Source of the DNA: an uncultured Anaerolinea sp.
GTDB lineage: Bacteria; Chloroflexota; Anaerolineae; Anaerolineales; Villigracilaceae
NCBI GenBank assembly: GCA_964571615.1
Contig: CAZNCT010000004.1
Location: forward strand, 10,758 to 63,584
Direction: 5' to 3'
Length of the DNA stretch: 52,827 nucleotides
Position numbers and translations under genes: made by a program. Shown piece after piece: positions 45,066 through 52,827 of the stretch (its first letter is position 1; every line of letters begins with the position of its first letter). The notes beneath the pieces were generated by a model, which saw only the letters and a program-made list of their open reading frames with translations, ran no database searches and was not told where the DNA came from.

Positions 45066-45980
45066 ATGAATGCCACTTCCCCTGCCAGCCTGACGGTTGT
45101 TGTTCCGGCCTACAACGAATATGACTCTCTGCCAAATTTTGCCCCGGCACTGGTGGAATTTTGCCTGGCTCGCGGCTGGCGGCTGGTTTTCGTCAATGAC
45201 GGCTCATGCGATGGAACAGGCGAATTTCTGGAGGGTCTGGCCCAGACCCCGCAGGTCTGCGTCGTGCATCACCGCCTGAATCGTGGCTATGGCGGTGCGC
45301 TCAAAACCGGCATCCGACAGGTTGAGACGCCCTACCTGGTGACAATTGACGCGGACGGACAACATCAAATGGAGGACATTGAAACCGTTTTTCAGTTTAT
45401 GCTGGCCTAGGATGCCGATATGGTGGTCGGCAAACGGGATGAAAGGCAAAACCCTGACCTGTATCGTTCGCTGGGCAAAAAGTTAATCCGCACGTTTACC
45501 CGAATGCTGATGCCGCTGCCAATCAACGACCTGAACTCGGGGTTCAAACTCTACCGCACCGGGTTGGCCCAGCGTTACATCAACATTTGCCCGAACAGCA
45601 TGGCCTTCAGTGATGTGATTACACTGGTCTTTCTGAACGAGCGCAACCTGGTGCTGGAACATCCCATTCGGGTGGCGGCGCGCAAGGGTGGCAAAAGCAC
45701 CATCACCGCCTATACAGCGTTTGAAACAGTGGTCGAAATTCTCAACATTGTCTTGATGTTCAATCCGCTGCGTGTCTTTCTGCCGCTGGCGGCGGCCTGC
45801 ATTCTGGTCGGCGCAGGCTGGGGCCTGCCGATTATCCTGATGGGGCGCGGCGTCAGCGTGGGGGCCATGCTGGCCATTGTCAGCGGGCTGATATTTTTTG
45901 TCGGCGGGCTAATTGCCAGTCAGTTATCGGCTCTGCGCCTGGAACGTTTGCAAGACAACATCAAACCGCCCGGCCCATGA
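45066..45980 (+). pseudogene. GT2 polyprenyl-phosphate glycosyltransferase (GtrB/ArnC/DPM1-like) interrupted by an in-frame TAG at 45408-45410
   Basis: LTVVVPAYNE...VNDGSCDGT...IDADGQHQ, then ..FMLA-TAG-DADMVVGKRDE.. continues in the same frame into two C-terminal TM helices. Track ORFs 45021..45410 and 45420..45980 share a frame. Confidence 0.65.
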
Positions 45981-48463
45981 AGCATTCACGCTCAAAAATC
46001 CTGCTCTTTTGCATGGGGGTCTTTTCTGGCCTGCACCTGCTGGCCGCCTGGCAGGTTTACAAGGCTCCATTGCGCCCGGCCTTGCTGTTGGGTGGATTCA
46101 CACTGCTGGGGTTGCTCTCGCTGGTGGGGCTGGCCTGGTTGGTGCGCCAGACAACCTGGCAAGAAAAACTGCTCTCTCGGATGGATACCTGGAAAACCCC
46201 AATCGCCTGGCTGGCCCTGACCGGACTGCTGAGCGCCTGGTTGGCCAATGGCCTGAGCGCGGAGGCCCAGGCAGGCTGGCCGCTGGCCCTGCGCCCGGCC
46301 TTTGGCTGGCTGGCCGGACAATCCCTGCTGGTTTTACTCGCCCTGGCGGCGCTGGCGCCCCAAAAAACAGAAAAACAGCCCATCCTGAAGAACAGCCTGG
46401 CCGTTTTTGGCTTGCTCGTGCTGGTTGCCGGATTTATGGCCCTCAGCTGCCTGGGGCTGGAACGGGTCGGGTACTACTGGTATGCGCCAGGTACTCCCCT
46501 GCTGATTGGGCAGGTAGGGATCGCCCTGTCCGCCGGGGCCGGGCTGTCGGTTTGGCTGGGTTCGAAAATGGGGCAAAAATTTTCCACCGCCCGCCTGGAT
46601 ACGGCTCTTTTTATCGGTTTGTTCTTACTGACAGCAGCGCTCTGGCTGAGCGAACCGCCGGGCCGCCCGGTGAACTTCTTACCGGCAGCAATGCCGCCAA
46701 ATTATGAAATCTACCCCGATTCAGATTCGGCCTACCTCGACATCAACGCCCAACGCCTGCTGGCCGGACAACCCTTCTCAGTAGACCCGGCAGACAAACC
46801 AACCTATTCCTACTTTGTTTATCTTTTGCACCTGCTGGCAGGCCAGGACTTTGCCACCCTGCTCAATCTGCAAGCCGCCGTGCTGGCGCTGATTGCTCCG
46901 CTCTTCTACCTGCTGTTTGCAATTGGTTTCGACAATCGCCCGGCGGGCCTGGCCGCCGGAATTCTATTCTCGCTGCGCGAACTCAATTCCATTCGCTTGA
47001 GCAACGTCATCCTGGTTTCACATCCCAAACTGCTCTTGAGCGATGTGCCCTCGGCAGGGCTGATGATTTTGCTGGCCCTGTTATTGCTCGGCTGGCTGCG
47101 CGCCCCAAGACAGCGCCTGACCTGGCCGCTTTGGGCGGGGATCGTCTTCGCCGCCCTGCTGCTCCTGCGGACACAAGTCATCGTCCTGGCGCCGTTGGTG
47201 GCGCTGGGGGCCTGGTTCATCCTGCGACACCAGCCCCGCCGCCTGCTGGGACAGGCCGCACTCCTGGCCGCGCTTGGGTTCGGGGCCTTCAGCCTGCCCT
47301 GGGCCCTCTACGGGCTGAATGCGCCTGCCAGCGCCAACGCCAGCGCCTACAGCCGCCAGCTGGCCATTCAGTTTCAGTTTGACCCGCTCAATCACAACGT
47401 TCGTCCGCTGGCCGGCGAAAGCGAAGCGGAATTTAACGCCCGTATGCGCGAGCAGGTGCTAACCTTCGTGCGCGAAAATCCTGGCTATACGCTCAAAGCC
47501 ATCAGCGCCTATTTCTTCCGCAACCTGGCGCAGGGATTTCTCTTTCTGCCCGCCTCGCTGCGGCTGGAGATAAACCCGGCGGCCTACACCTCCCGGCTGC
47601 CCTACTGGAACAACTGGTTCGGCGGACTGCCGTCTGAATCGTGGGCGCCGCTAACGCTCAACCTGTTTCTGATTGCAAGCGGATTGGCCCAGGCCTGGCG
47701 CAAATTCCGTTGGATTGGTTTATTCCCGCTGCTGCTTTACCTGGGATACCTGACCAGCCTGGCCCTGCCCATGATTTCTGGCTGGCGCTTCCTGCTGCCC
47801 GCCGATTGGATTGTGCTGACCTATTACCTGCTCGGCGTAACCGCACTGGCAGACTTTTGGGCAGGTCGGTTCGGTCTGACAAAGACCTTACGGCCCACAG
47901 AAAACGTCCTGACAGCCGAAACCCGCCCGGCATGGCGGCGGGCCTTTGCAGGCCTGGCGCTGGCCTGTTGCTTTAGCGCCAGCCTGTTTGTGGCCCAGTC
48001 CCTGATGCCCAACCGCAGCCCCGCCCTGACAGAAGCCGAACGGCTGGAGGCCTACCTGAGCGCCAGCCAGGGCCAGCCAGAAGCCCCCAACCCGGAAGCC
48101 GTTAGAGCATTTCTAAGCCAACCAGGGGCCGGGTTGCGCTATGGCCGGGCACTCTACCCACGCTTTTTCGAGGCCGGGGAAGGATTTTCGCGCAACGGCT
48201 TAATCAGTTTTCGGCCCTATGAGTTTGCGCGCCTGGGGTTTTACCTGCTTGGGCCGCAATCGGAGCATGTCATCCTGCCGCTGACAGCCAGCCCGGAACA
48301 CTTCCCGCACGCCGCCGAGGTCTGGGCGCTTGGCTGCCGCCGCGAGGAAGAATTCTTTCATCGCACCTACCTCGAGGCCATTATGGTACTCTTGCCAGGC
48401 GAAAACCTGGTTGTCTGGCAAGAACCACACCCGAATAACCTGAGCGCAGGATGTCAGAAATGA
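45977..48463 (+). CDS. large polytopic membrane protein, GT-C-like (ArnT/PMT_2-type) glycosyltransferase candidate
   Basis: 828 aa with more than 12 predicted TM helices. An ATGA overlap couples it to the GT2 gene. The first-loop acidic segment is YPDSDSAYLDINAQRLLAG. Confidence 0.55.
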   Translation: MKHSRSKILLFCMGVFSGLHLLAAWQVYKAPLRPALLLGGFTLLGLLSLVGLAWLVRQTTWQEKLLSRMDTWKTPIAWLALTGLLSAWLANGLSAEAQAGWPLALRPAFGWLAGQSLLVLLALAALAPQKTEKQPILKNSLAVFGLLVLVAGFMALSCLGLERVGYYWYAPGTPLLIGQVGIALSAGAGLSVWLGSKMGQKFSTARLDTALFIGLFLLTAALWLSEPPGRPVNFLPAAMPPNYEIYPDSDSAYLDINAQRLLAGQPFSVDPADKPTYSYFVYLLHLLAGQDFATLLNLQAAVLALIAPLFYLLFAIGFDNRPAGLAAGILFSLRELNSIRLSNVILVSHPKLLLSDVPSAGLMILLALLLLGWLRAPRQRLTWPLWAGIVFAALLLLRTQVIVLAPLVALGAWFILRHQPRRLLGQAALLAALGFGAFSLPWALYGLNAPASANASAYSRQLAIQFQFDPLNHNVRPLAGESEAEFNARMREQVLTFVRENPGYTLKAISAYFFRNLAQGFLFLPASLRLEINPAAYTSRLPYWNNWFGGLPSESWAPLTLNLFLIASGLAQAWRKFRWIGLFPLLLYLGYLTSLALPMISGWRFLLPADWIVLTYYLLGVTALADFWAGRFGLTKTLRPTENVLTAETRPAWRRAFAGLALACCFSASLFVAQSLMPNRSPALTEAERLEAYLSASQGQPEAPNPEAVRAFLSQPGAGLRYGRALYPRFFEAGEGFSRNGLISFRPYEFARLGFYLLGPQSEHVILPLTASPEHFPHAAEVWALGCRREEEFFHRTYLEAIMVLLPGENLVVWQEPHPNNLSAGCQK

Positions 48464-48498
48464 CGCGTAAGCATTGCGTTAGCATTGGCTTTTTTGTC

Positions 48499-48527
48499 TT
48501 GACAAATTGCTCCAACTTGAATAATAT
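48499..48527 (+). promoter_or_regulatory. promoter of the cys operon leader
   Basis: TTGACA (48499-48504), a 17-nt spacer, then TAATAT (48522-48527). It is preceded by the direct repeat AGCATTG-N4-AGCATTG (48470-48487). Confidence 0.6.
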
Positions 48528-48564
48528 CTATCAAAATACTCTAATAAATCTTGAGAGAACCGCG

Positions 48565-48600
48565 ATGAACTATTGCTCCTGTATGCGGCGGGCTTCGTAA
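48565..48600 (+). CDS. candidate leader peptide uORF MNYCSCMRRAS (two Cys codons)
   Basis: ATG AAC TAT TGC TCC TGT ATG CGG CGG GCT TCG TAA, with GAGAG 7 nt upstream. It lies in the ~240-nt leader of the DUF4395-trx-cysK-cysE operon. Confidence 0.35.
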   Translation: MNYCSCMRRAS

Positions 48601-48683
48601 GTACCGTCGCTTCGTCAAAGAAACTTAGGCCAACTGACCGAAGAACGGTACGCGAATCCCGCATGTGACATTCAAACTGTCTC

Positions 48684-48714
48684 ATGGCGTTTGCCGCCGT
48701 TCTTTTTGTTTTCC
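48684..48714 (+). terminator. candidate attenuator terminator in the cys leader
   Basis: Stem AUGGCG/CGCCGU (4 G-C pairs plus U.G and A-U) with a 5-nt loop, followed by UCUUUUUGUUUU. Confidence 0.35.
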
Positions 48715-48773
48715 TGCCCGGGCAGGGAGACAGGTTCAGTTGGTTTTTTATTTTTATCACTTTCGAGGAGACT

Positions 48774-49244
48774 ATGAGCGAAATCACCACAAAAGTTGAC
48801 CACGCCGCGCTGAAAGCCAACCAGTTGACGATTATCGGCCTGAATGTGCTGGCGTTTGTACTCAATCAACCCTGGCTGGCCGCGCTGGTTGCAGCGGTGA
48901 TGCTGGCCGGTGCACTGGCGGGCAAGCCGTTCTTTGGGCAGGCGGTTCGTCAGGTTGTCCGCTATCAGCCCGATGTCATCACTGACAACCCTGAGCCACA
49001 CCGCTTTGCCCAGGGCCTGGGCGGATTGTTCATGCTGGGCGGCGCGCTGGCGCTGTTTGCGGGCGCAGGCGTGCTGGGCTGGAGCCTGGTCTGGATGGTC
49101 ACCGGGCTGGCCGCACTGAACGCTTTTGGCGGGTTCTGCGCCGGGTGCTTTATGTACTACTGGCTGGCCCGTTTTGGCGTGCCCGGGTTTGCGAAACAGG
49201 CCCCAGCCGGAACAGTTCCGGGCTTTCGTCCCAAGGAAGGTTAG
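48774..49244 (+). CDS. DUF4395 domain-containing membrane protein
   Basis: Start at ATG 48774 after GAGGAG. The sequence reads ..VDHAALKANQLTIIGLNVLAFV...HRFAQGLG...FGGFCAGCFMYYWL. Confidence 0.75.
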   Translation: MSEITTKVDHAALKANQLTIIGLNVLAFVLNQPWLAALVAAVMLAGALAGKPFFGQAVRQVVRYQPDVITDNPEPHRFAQGLGGLFMLGGALALFAGAGVLGWSLVWMVTGLAALNAFGGFCAGCFMYYWLARFGVPGFAKQAPAGTVPGFRPKEG

Positions 49245-49247
49245 CCG

Positions 49248-49667
49248 ATGAACGCCGAGATTTTAGAACGGCTCCTGATAGCGGCAGCCATTGGCGGGTT
49301 GGGCGTTACGGTTTTCATCCTGTTTAACCGTTTTACGCTCAAACGGGCCGAGAGCAAGGTAGCGCGCTTCTCGTCCTATCGTCCTGGCCTGCCTGCCCTG
49401 GTTTACTTCACCACCCCCACCTGCGCTCCGTGCAAGACCGTGCAACGGCCGGCCATTGAGCGCATGAAATCGAGGCTGGGACAGTGGTTTCAGGTTATCG
49501 AGGTCGATGCCAGCGCCCGGCCTGACCTGGCCCAGGAATGGGGTGTGATGAGTGTACCCACTACTTTTGTGATTGACGCCAGCGGCAAGCCGCGTTATGT
49601 CAATCATGGTGTCACCAACGCTGAAACGCTGATTAAACAACTTGAACTGGAGGACTTTTCGATATGA
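49248..49667 (+). CDS. membrane-anchored thioredoxin family protein (CAPC motif)
   Basis: 139 aa with an N-terminal TM. The thioredoxin fold reads [19 protein letters not shown]. Confidence 0.85.
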   Translation: MNAEILERLLIAAAIGGLGVTVFILFNRFTLKRAESKVARFSSYRPGLPALVYFTTPTCAPCKTVQRPAIERMKSRLGQWFQVIEVDASARPDLAQEWGVMSVPTTFVIDASGKPRYVNHGVTNAETLIKQLELEDFSI

Positions 49668-50596
49668 AAATCGCTGCAAATGTGACCGAATTGATTGGCA
49701 ATACCCCGCTGGTACGCCTGAATCGCCTGAACCCCGGCCCAGCGGAGGTGGTACTAAAACTGGAATTTTATAACCCGGCCAAGAGTGTCAAAGACCGGAT
49801 TGGGTTTGCGATGATTGATGCCGCCGAAAAAGCGGGCGCGCTCAAAGCAGGGCAAACGATTGTTGAACCAACCAGCGGCAACACTGGCATTGCGCTGGCG
49901 ATGGTGGCGGCAGCCAAAGGGTACGGATGTATCCTGTTTATGCCTGAAACAATGAGCAAAGAGCGCCGCATGTTGTTACGCGCCTATGGCGCCGAACTGG
50001 TACTCACCCCCGGGCCAGAAGGCATGGGCGGGGCCATCAAACGCGCCGAGGAACTTGTGGCTTCTGACCCGCAAAAATATTTCATGCCCCAGCAGTTCCA
50101 AAACCCGGCCAACCCCGAAATCCACCGCCGCACCACTGCCGAGGAAATCTGGCGCGATACCGATGGACAGGTGGATATTCTGGTCTCAGGCATCGGCACC
50201 GGCGGGACGATTACCGGCACGGGTGAAGTGCTCAAAAGCCGCAAAGCATCGCTGCGCGTGGTGGCTGTCGAGCCAGACGCCTCGCCGGTGCTTTCAGGCG
50301 GTACCAAAGGCCCGCACAAAATTCAGGGCATTGGCGCCGGGTTTGTGCCGCAGGTGCTGAACACCCAAATTTACGATGAAATCATCCGCGTCACCGACGA
50401 TGATGCGATGGACACGGCCCGACGCCTGGCGAAAGAAGAGGGCATCCTGGTTGGCATCTCATCGGGCGCGGCAACCTGGGCTGCCCTGCAAGTGGCCCAG
50501 CGCCCCGAAAATGCAGGCAAGTTGATTGTGGTCATCATCCCATCGTTTGGCGAGCGTTACTTATCTTCCGCGCTGTATGCGCATTTAGCAGATTGA
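49664..50596 (+). CDS. cysK: cysteine synthase A (O-acetylserine sulfhydrylase)
   Basis: 310 aa: ..[11 protein letters not shown]...[11 protein letters not shown]...[10 protein letters not shown]... Confidence 0.95.
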   Translation: MKIAANVTELIGNTPLVRLNRLNPGPAEVVLKLEFYNPAKSVKDRIGFAMIDAAEKAGALKAGQTIVEPTSGNTGIALAMVAAAKGYGCILFMPETMSKERRMLLRAYGAELVLTPGPEGMGGAIKRAEELVASDPQKYFMPQQFQNPANPEIHRRTTAEEIWRDTDGQVDILVSGIGTGGTITGTGEVLKSRKASLRVVAVEPDASPVLSGGTKGPHKIQGIGAGFVPQVLNTQIYDEIIRVTDDDAMDTARRLAKEEGILVGISSGAATWAALQVAQRPENAGKLIVVIIPSFGERYLSSALYAHLAD

Positions 50597-50597
50597 T

Positions 50598-50691
50598 GTA
50601 TCAGGTTCTTCGGTATCAGGTTTCAGGTTAAACCCTTGATTGGCAAAGCAGAAAACCTGGCACCTGACACTTGATACCCAACACCTGAAAC
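50598..50691. repeat. imperfect ~95-bp inverted repeat between cysK and cysE
   Basis: The left arm carries three TCAGGT units (GTATCAGGTT, GGTATCAGGTTTCAGGTT). The right arm carries three ACCTG units (AACCTGG, CACCTGACA..TTGATACC, CACCTGAAAC). Confidence 0.6.
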
Positions 50692-50700
50692 GGAGTGTTT

Positions 50701-51456
50701 ATGCAAGCAGAACTGACCCAATCAAAAAATCACAAAATCACCCAATCACCCAATTTTTTCGCTTCGGTGCGTGATGACCTGAAATCGGCCTTGCAGCGAG
50801 ACCCGGCGGCGCGTTCGCGGCTCGAGATTGCCCTGCTCTATCCGGGCCTGCACGCCATCTGGATTCACCGCATCAGCCATTGGTTGTGGCGGCGCGGGGC
50901 AAAACTGCCCGCCCGCTGGCTTTCACAACTGGCGCGCAGTTTGACCGGGGTTGAAATTCATCCTGGCGCAATCATTGGTCAGCGGGTTTTCATTGACCAC
51001 GGCATGGGAGTCGTCATCGGCGAGACTGCCGAAGTCGGCGACGACGTGACCCTGTATCACGGTGTTACCCTGGGCGGCACCTCGCTCGAAAAAGGCAAGC
51101 GGCACCCGACGATTGGCCCAAGGGTGACGATTGGGGCAGGCGCAAAAGTGCTCGGAAATATCACCATTGGCGCCGACAGCCGCATTGGAGCAAACGCCGT
51201 CGTGGTCAAATCAGTTCCTGAAAATTCGGTGGTGGTCGGCGTGCCAGGGCAAATTGTGAAACGCGCCAGGCCGCACCAGGCCGGTGATGCGCCAGACTTG
51301 AATCACACCGCCCTGCCCGATGTGTTTGCGGTAGCCATCAAAGACCTGATGGCGCGTGTGGATGAACTCGAGGGCCGGGTGGAAGGCCACTCACACCCGC
51401 ACCACGTCCACGCCCCGGTGGATGACACCTGGCAGGAGGCCGATTTTGTGATTTAG
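50701..51456 (+). CDS. cysE: serine O-acetyltransferase
   Basis: I prefer ATG 50701 after GGAG. The sequence reads ..[30 protein letters not shown].. followed by left-handed beta-helix hexapeptide repeats. Confidence 0.92.
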   Translation: MQAELTQSKNHKITQSPNFFASVRDDLKSALQRDPAARSRLEIALLYPGLHAIWIHRISHWLWRRGAKLPARWLSQLARSLTGVEIHPGAIIGQRVFIDHGMGVVIGETAEVGDDVTLYHGVTLGGTSLEKGKRHPTIGPRVTIGAGAKVLGNITIGADSRIGANAVVVKSVPENSVVVGVPGQIVKRARPHQAGDAPDLNHTALPDVFAVAIKDLMARVDELEGRVEGHSHPHHVHAPVDDTWQEADFVI

Positions 51457-51475
51457 GTTGTCAGCGACCATACAC

Positions 51476-51523
51476 ATAGAAACAGGCGGTGAAGGGAAAA
51501 AATCCCTGACCGCCTGTTTCTAT
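51476..51523. terminator. 15-bp hairpin between convergent genes
   Basis: ATAGAAACAGGCGGT ... ACCGCCTGTTTCTAT with a nested AGGGA-AAAAA-TCCCT. There is no strong U-tract. Confidence 0.5.
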
Positions 51524-51673
51524 CTATACGTACTCCATACCTGCTTTAAGCATTCCAGCCTTGCCGAAATACCATCTCGAAAACCAAACCGAAATCTGCC
51601 TTAAAGGGCCAACCATTGCTTTTGGTGCAGTCTATCTCTTTACTTTCAACCCGGCACACTGCCAATCTGATGC

Positions 51674-52477
51674 TTATGGGGCTGAAGTATCGATCTCCGG
51701 CATAGGCTGCAAAATGACATCCGGGCTAGATTCCGCTGAGGCTGGAGCCAACGAGGATGCCGCAACCGTAGAAGTTGGAGCAAAAATAAAGGTGGTTCGC
51801 CCAATTGCAAACTGAGCATTTGCAGCGGCCCAGTTAACCTGGATAAAAAAATTGACCCCATCATTCGGGCCTAACACAACCGGCGTAGACAGGGTGTATG
51901 TCCGGCAGGCATTACCAGTGCGCGTGGTGGAATCGGAAAATCGGAGAGTTCTCCCAAGCGATCCGGTTGTATGGCTGTATGTATTGATTTCTACATAATT
52001 AAGCGCGGTGCTGGTGAAAGTGTCATAGCAGAACACAACCCCCTTAAAGAGCAAACTCCTGCCATACAATACGGGCGGAATATCTGGATTAACTGACAGA
52101 AAACTTGAGCCGCTGGCTGATCGGGTAACCTGCGTTTGACTGGAAAAATAAGCATAAGACAGCGGGTCAGTTGAATTGAAGGGATGCCAGTTCCCAAACC
52201 CAGCACTGATCAAAATATCGCCAGTGGAAGGCGGTATCTCAGCCGATTTCGCGATAAACACCGCCATCTCGGCCCGCGTTACATTCTTGTCAGGACGATA
52301 AGTTCCATCGCCAAAACCGCTGGTTATTCCGCCATCTTTCATCCAGCAAATAAAAGTTTCCGCCCAGTGGCCGTTTGTATCAGGAAAACACCCGGTTGAG
52401 GCATAAGCATTACCCGCATAAAAAGCGGTCAGAACAAAAACAAGCACAGATACGCCCAATAGAATTCTTTGTTTCAT
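51674..52477 (-). CDS. secreted SLH-domain protein with an uncharacterised beta-rich C-terminal domain
   Basis: The signal peptide is MKQRILLGVSVLVFVLTAFYAGNAYA. The single SLH motif reads FPDTNGHWAETFICWMKDGGITSGFGDGTYRPDKNVTRAEMAVFI. The gene is visibly lower in GC than its neighbours. Confidence 0.75.
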   Translation of the reverse strand: MKQRILLGVSVLVFVLTAFYAGNAYASTGCFPDTNGHWAETFICWMKDGGITSGFGDGTYRPDKNVTRAEMAVFIAKSAEIPPSTGDILISAGFGNWHPFNSTDPLSYAYFSSQTQVTRSASGSSFLSVNPDIPPVLYGRSLLFKGVVFCYDTFTSTALNYVEINTYSHTTGSLGRTLRFSDSTTRTGNACRTYTLSTPVVLGPNDGVNFFIQVNWAAANAQFAIGRTTFIFAPTSTVAASSLAPASAESSPDVILQPMPEIDTSAP

Positions 52478-52583
52478 TTTTCTCTCTTTTTTTTGGATAA
52501 ATTACATCTTTATTGTACGCATTAAGGCAAAATAAACGTATTGCGAAGTTATTGCAATCCCTGTTTCCGTGTATACTTAATTC

Positions 52584-52827
52584 ATGCCCACCTTACGCGT
52601 CCCGACCCTGCTGAAATATTATCTCGATAACCAGACCGAAATCCGCCTGGAGGGTCAAACAGTTGCCCAGGTGCTGGCGGCGCTCTCACAAACATTCCCC
52701 AAAATTCACAGCCATCTCTTCGATAGCAGCGGGCAGGTGCGCCGCCACATCAACCTGTTTGTCAATGCCGACAACATTCGCGACCTGAACGGATTAGAGA
52801 CCCCGGTTGGCGAAAATGACGTTGTCA
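52584..52827 (+). CDS. MoaD/ThiS-family ubiquitin-like sulfur carrier protein (3' end outside the window)
   Basis: MPTLRVPTLLKYYLDNQTEIRLEGQTVAQVLAALSQTFPKIHSHLFDSSGQVRRHINLFVNADNIRDL... is the typical MoaD/CysO-like pattern. TATACT lies 6 nt upstream of the ATG. It is not in the ORF track because it has no stop in the window. Confidence 0.7.
   Translation, partial: MPTLRVPTLLKYYLDNQTEIRLEGQTVAQVLAALSQTFPKIHSHLFDSSGQVRRHINLFVNADNIRDLNGLETPVGENDVV

Noticed and set aside
45408-45410. TAG as pyrrolysine, or a genome-wide reassignment of TGA.
   Set aside because: TAG, TGA and TAA all terminate well-supported genes at expected lengths throughout the window. There is no Pyl-related context. A nonsense mutation or sequencing error is the simpler explanation for the TAG.
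48540-48680. T-box or SAM-I riboswitch in the cys operon leader.
   Set aside because: AACGGUACGCG resembles part of the T-box sequence but lacks GGGUGG and the full GGUACCGCG. No GGUGNRA distal motif and no SAM-I GAGGGA/GCAACC core was found.
48479-48865. 128-aa minus-strand ORF across the cys leader.
   Set aside because: It runs antisense through the promoter, the leader and the start of the DUF4395 gene. Its translation is not protein-like and it has no SD.
51561-51815. 84-aa plus-strand ORF downstream of cysE.
   Set aside because: It overlaps the 3' end of the SLH gene in antisense, lacks an SD, and has no recognisable features.

Overview
GC-rich bacterial chromosomal segment of about 55 genes. 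I found no rRNA, tRNA, CRISPR array, transposase or integrase. The gene content (RNase J, a T-box-controlled type-2 ileS, a fused transaldolase/PGI, SLH and TPR proteins) suggests a Chloroflexota-like monoderm, but that lineage is only an inference.

Recognisable content:
- Pentose-phosphate operon on the minus strand (tkt-rpiB-[class III nucleotide cyclase]-tal/pgi).
- ileS with a classical T-box leader.
- rnj behind a consensus promoter and a long leader.
- NarL-type two-component operon.
- MBOAT plus AlgJ/X-like O-acetylation pair.
- GT2 plus GT-C-like glycosylation pair.
- EF-G paralog.
- Sulfur/cysteine operon (DUF4395-thioredoxin-cysK-cysE) followed by a MoaD/ThiS-like carrier.

Most notable observations:
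1. A thioredoxin-fold lipoprotein gene (40034-40576, minus) has an in-frame TGA exactly where two in-window paralogs carry the first Cys of CxxC. This makes it a candidate UxxC selenoprotein.
2. A co-directional block (8713-19314) links a response regulator/kinase pair to a tightly packed operon. The operon encodes a divergent MraZ-like regulator, a GH25-SH3b muramidase, an ORC/Cdc6-like P-loop ATPase, a TPR protein, a 3-TM protein and an unknown protein. An uncharacterised ~140-aa domain occurs both alone inside the two-component operon and fused to the TPR protein. This is my best candidate for an undescribed system.
3. The cys operon leader contains an 11-codon uORF (MNYCSCMRRAS) and mutually exclusive hairpins that resemble a Cys-codon attenuator.
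4. TATAAT/TATACT hexamers sit 6-7 nt upstream of seven start codons, a leaderless-type arrangement. One case is a palindromic shared -10 between divergent genes.
5. Five genes carry apparent lesions (three frameshifts, one TAG, one TGA). This pattern may reflect assembly error rather than biology.

All coordinates and motifs were read by eye from the sequence. No database search was possible.
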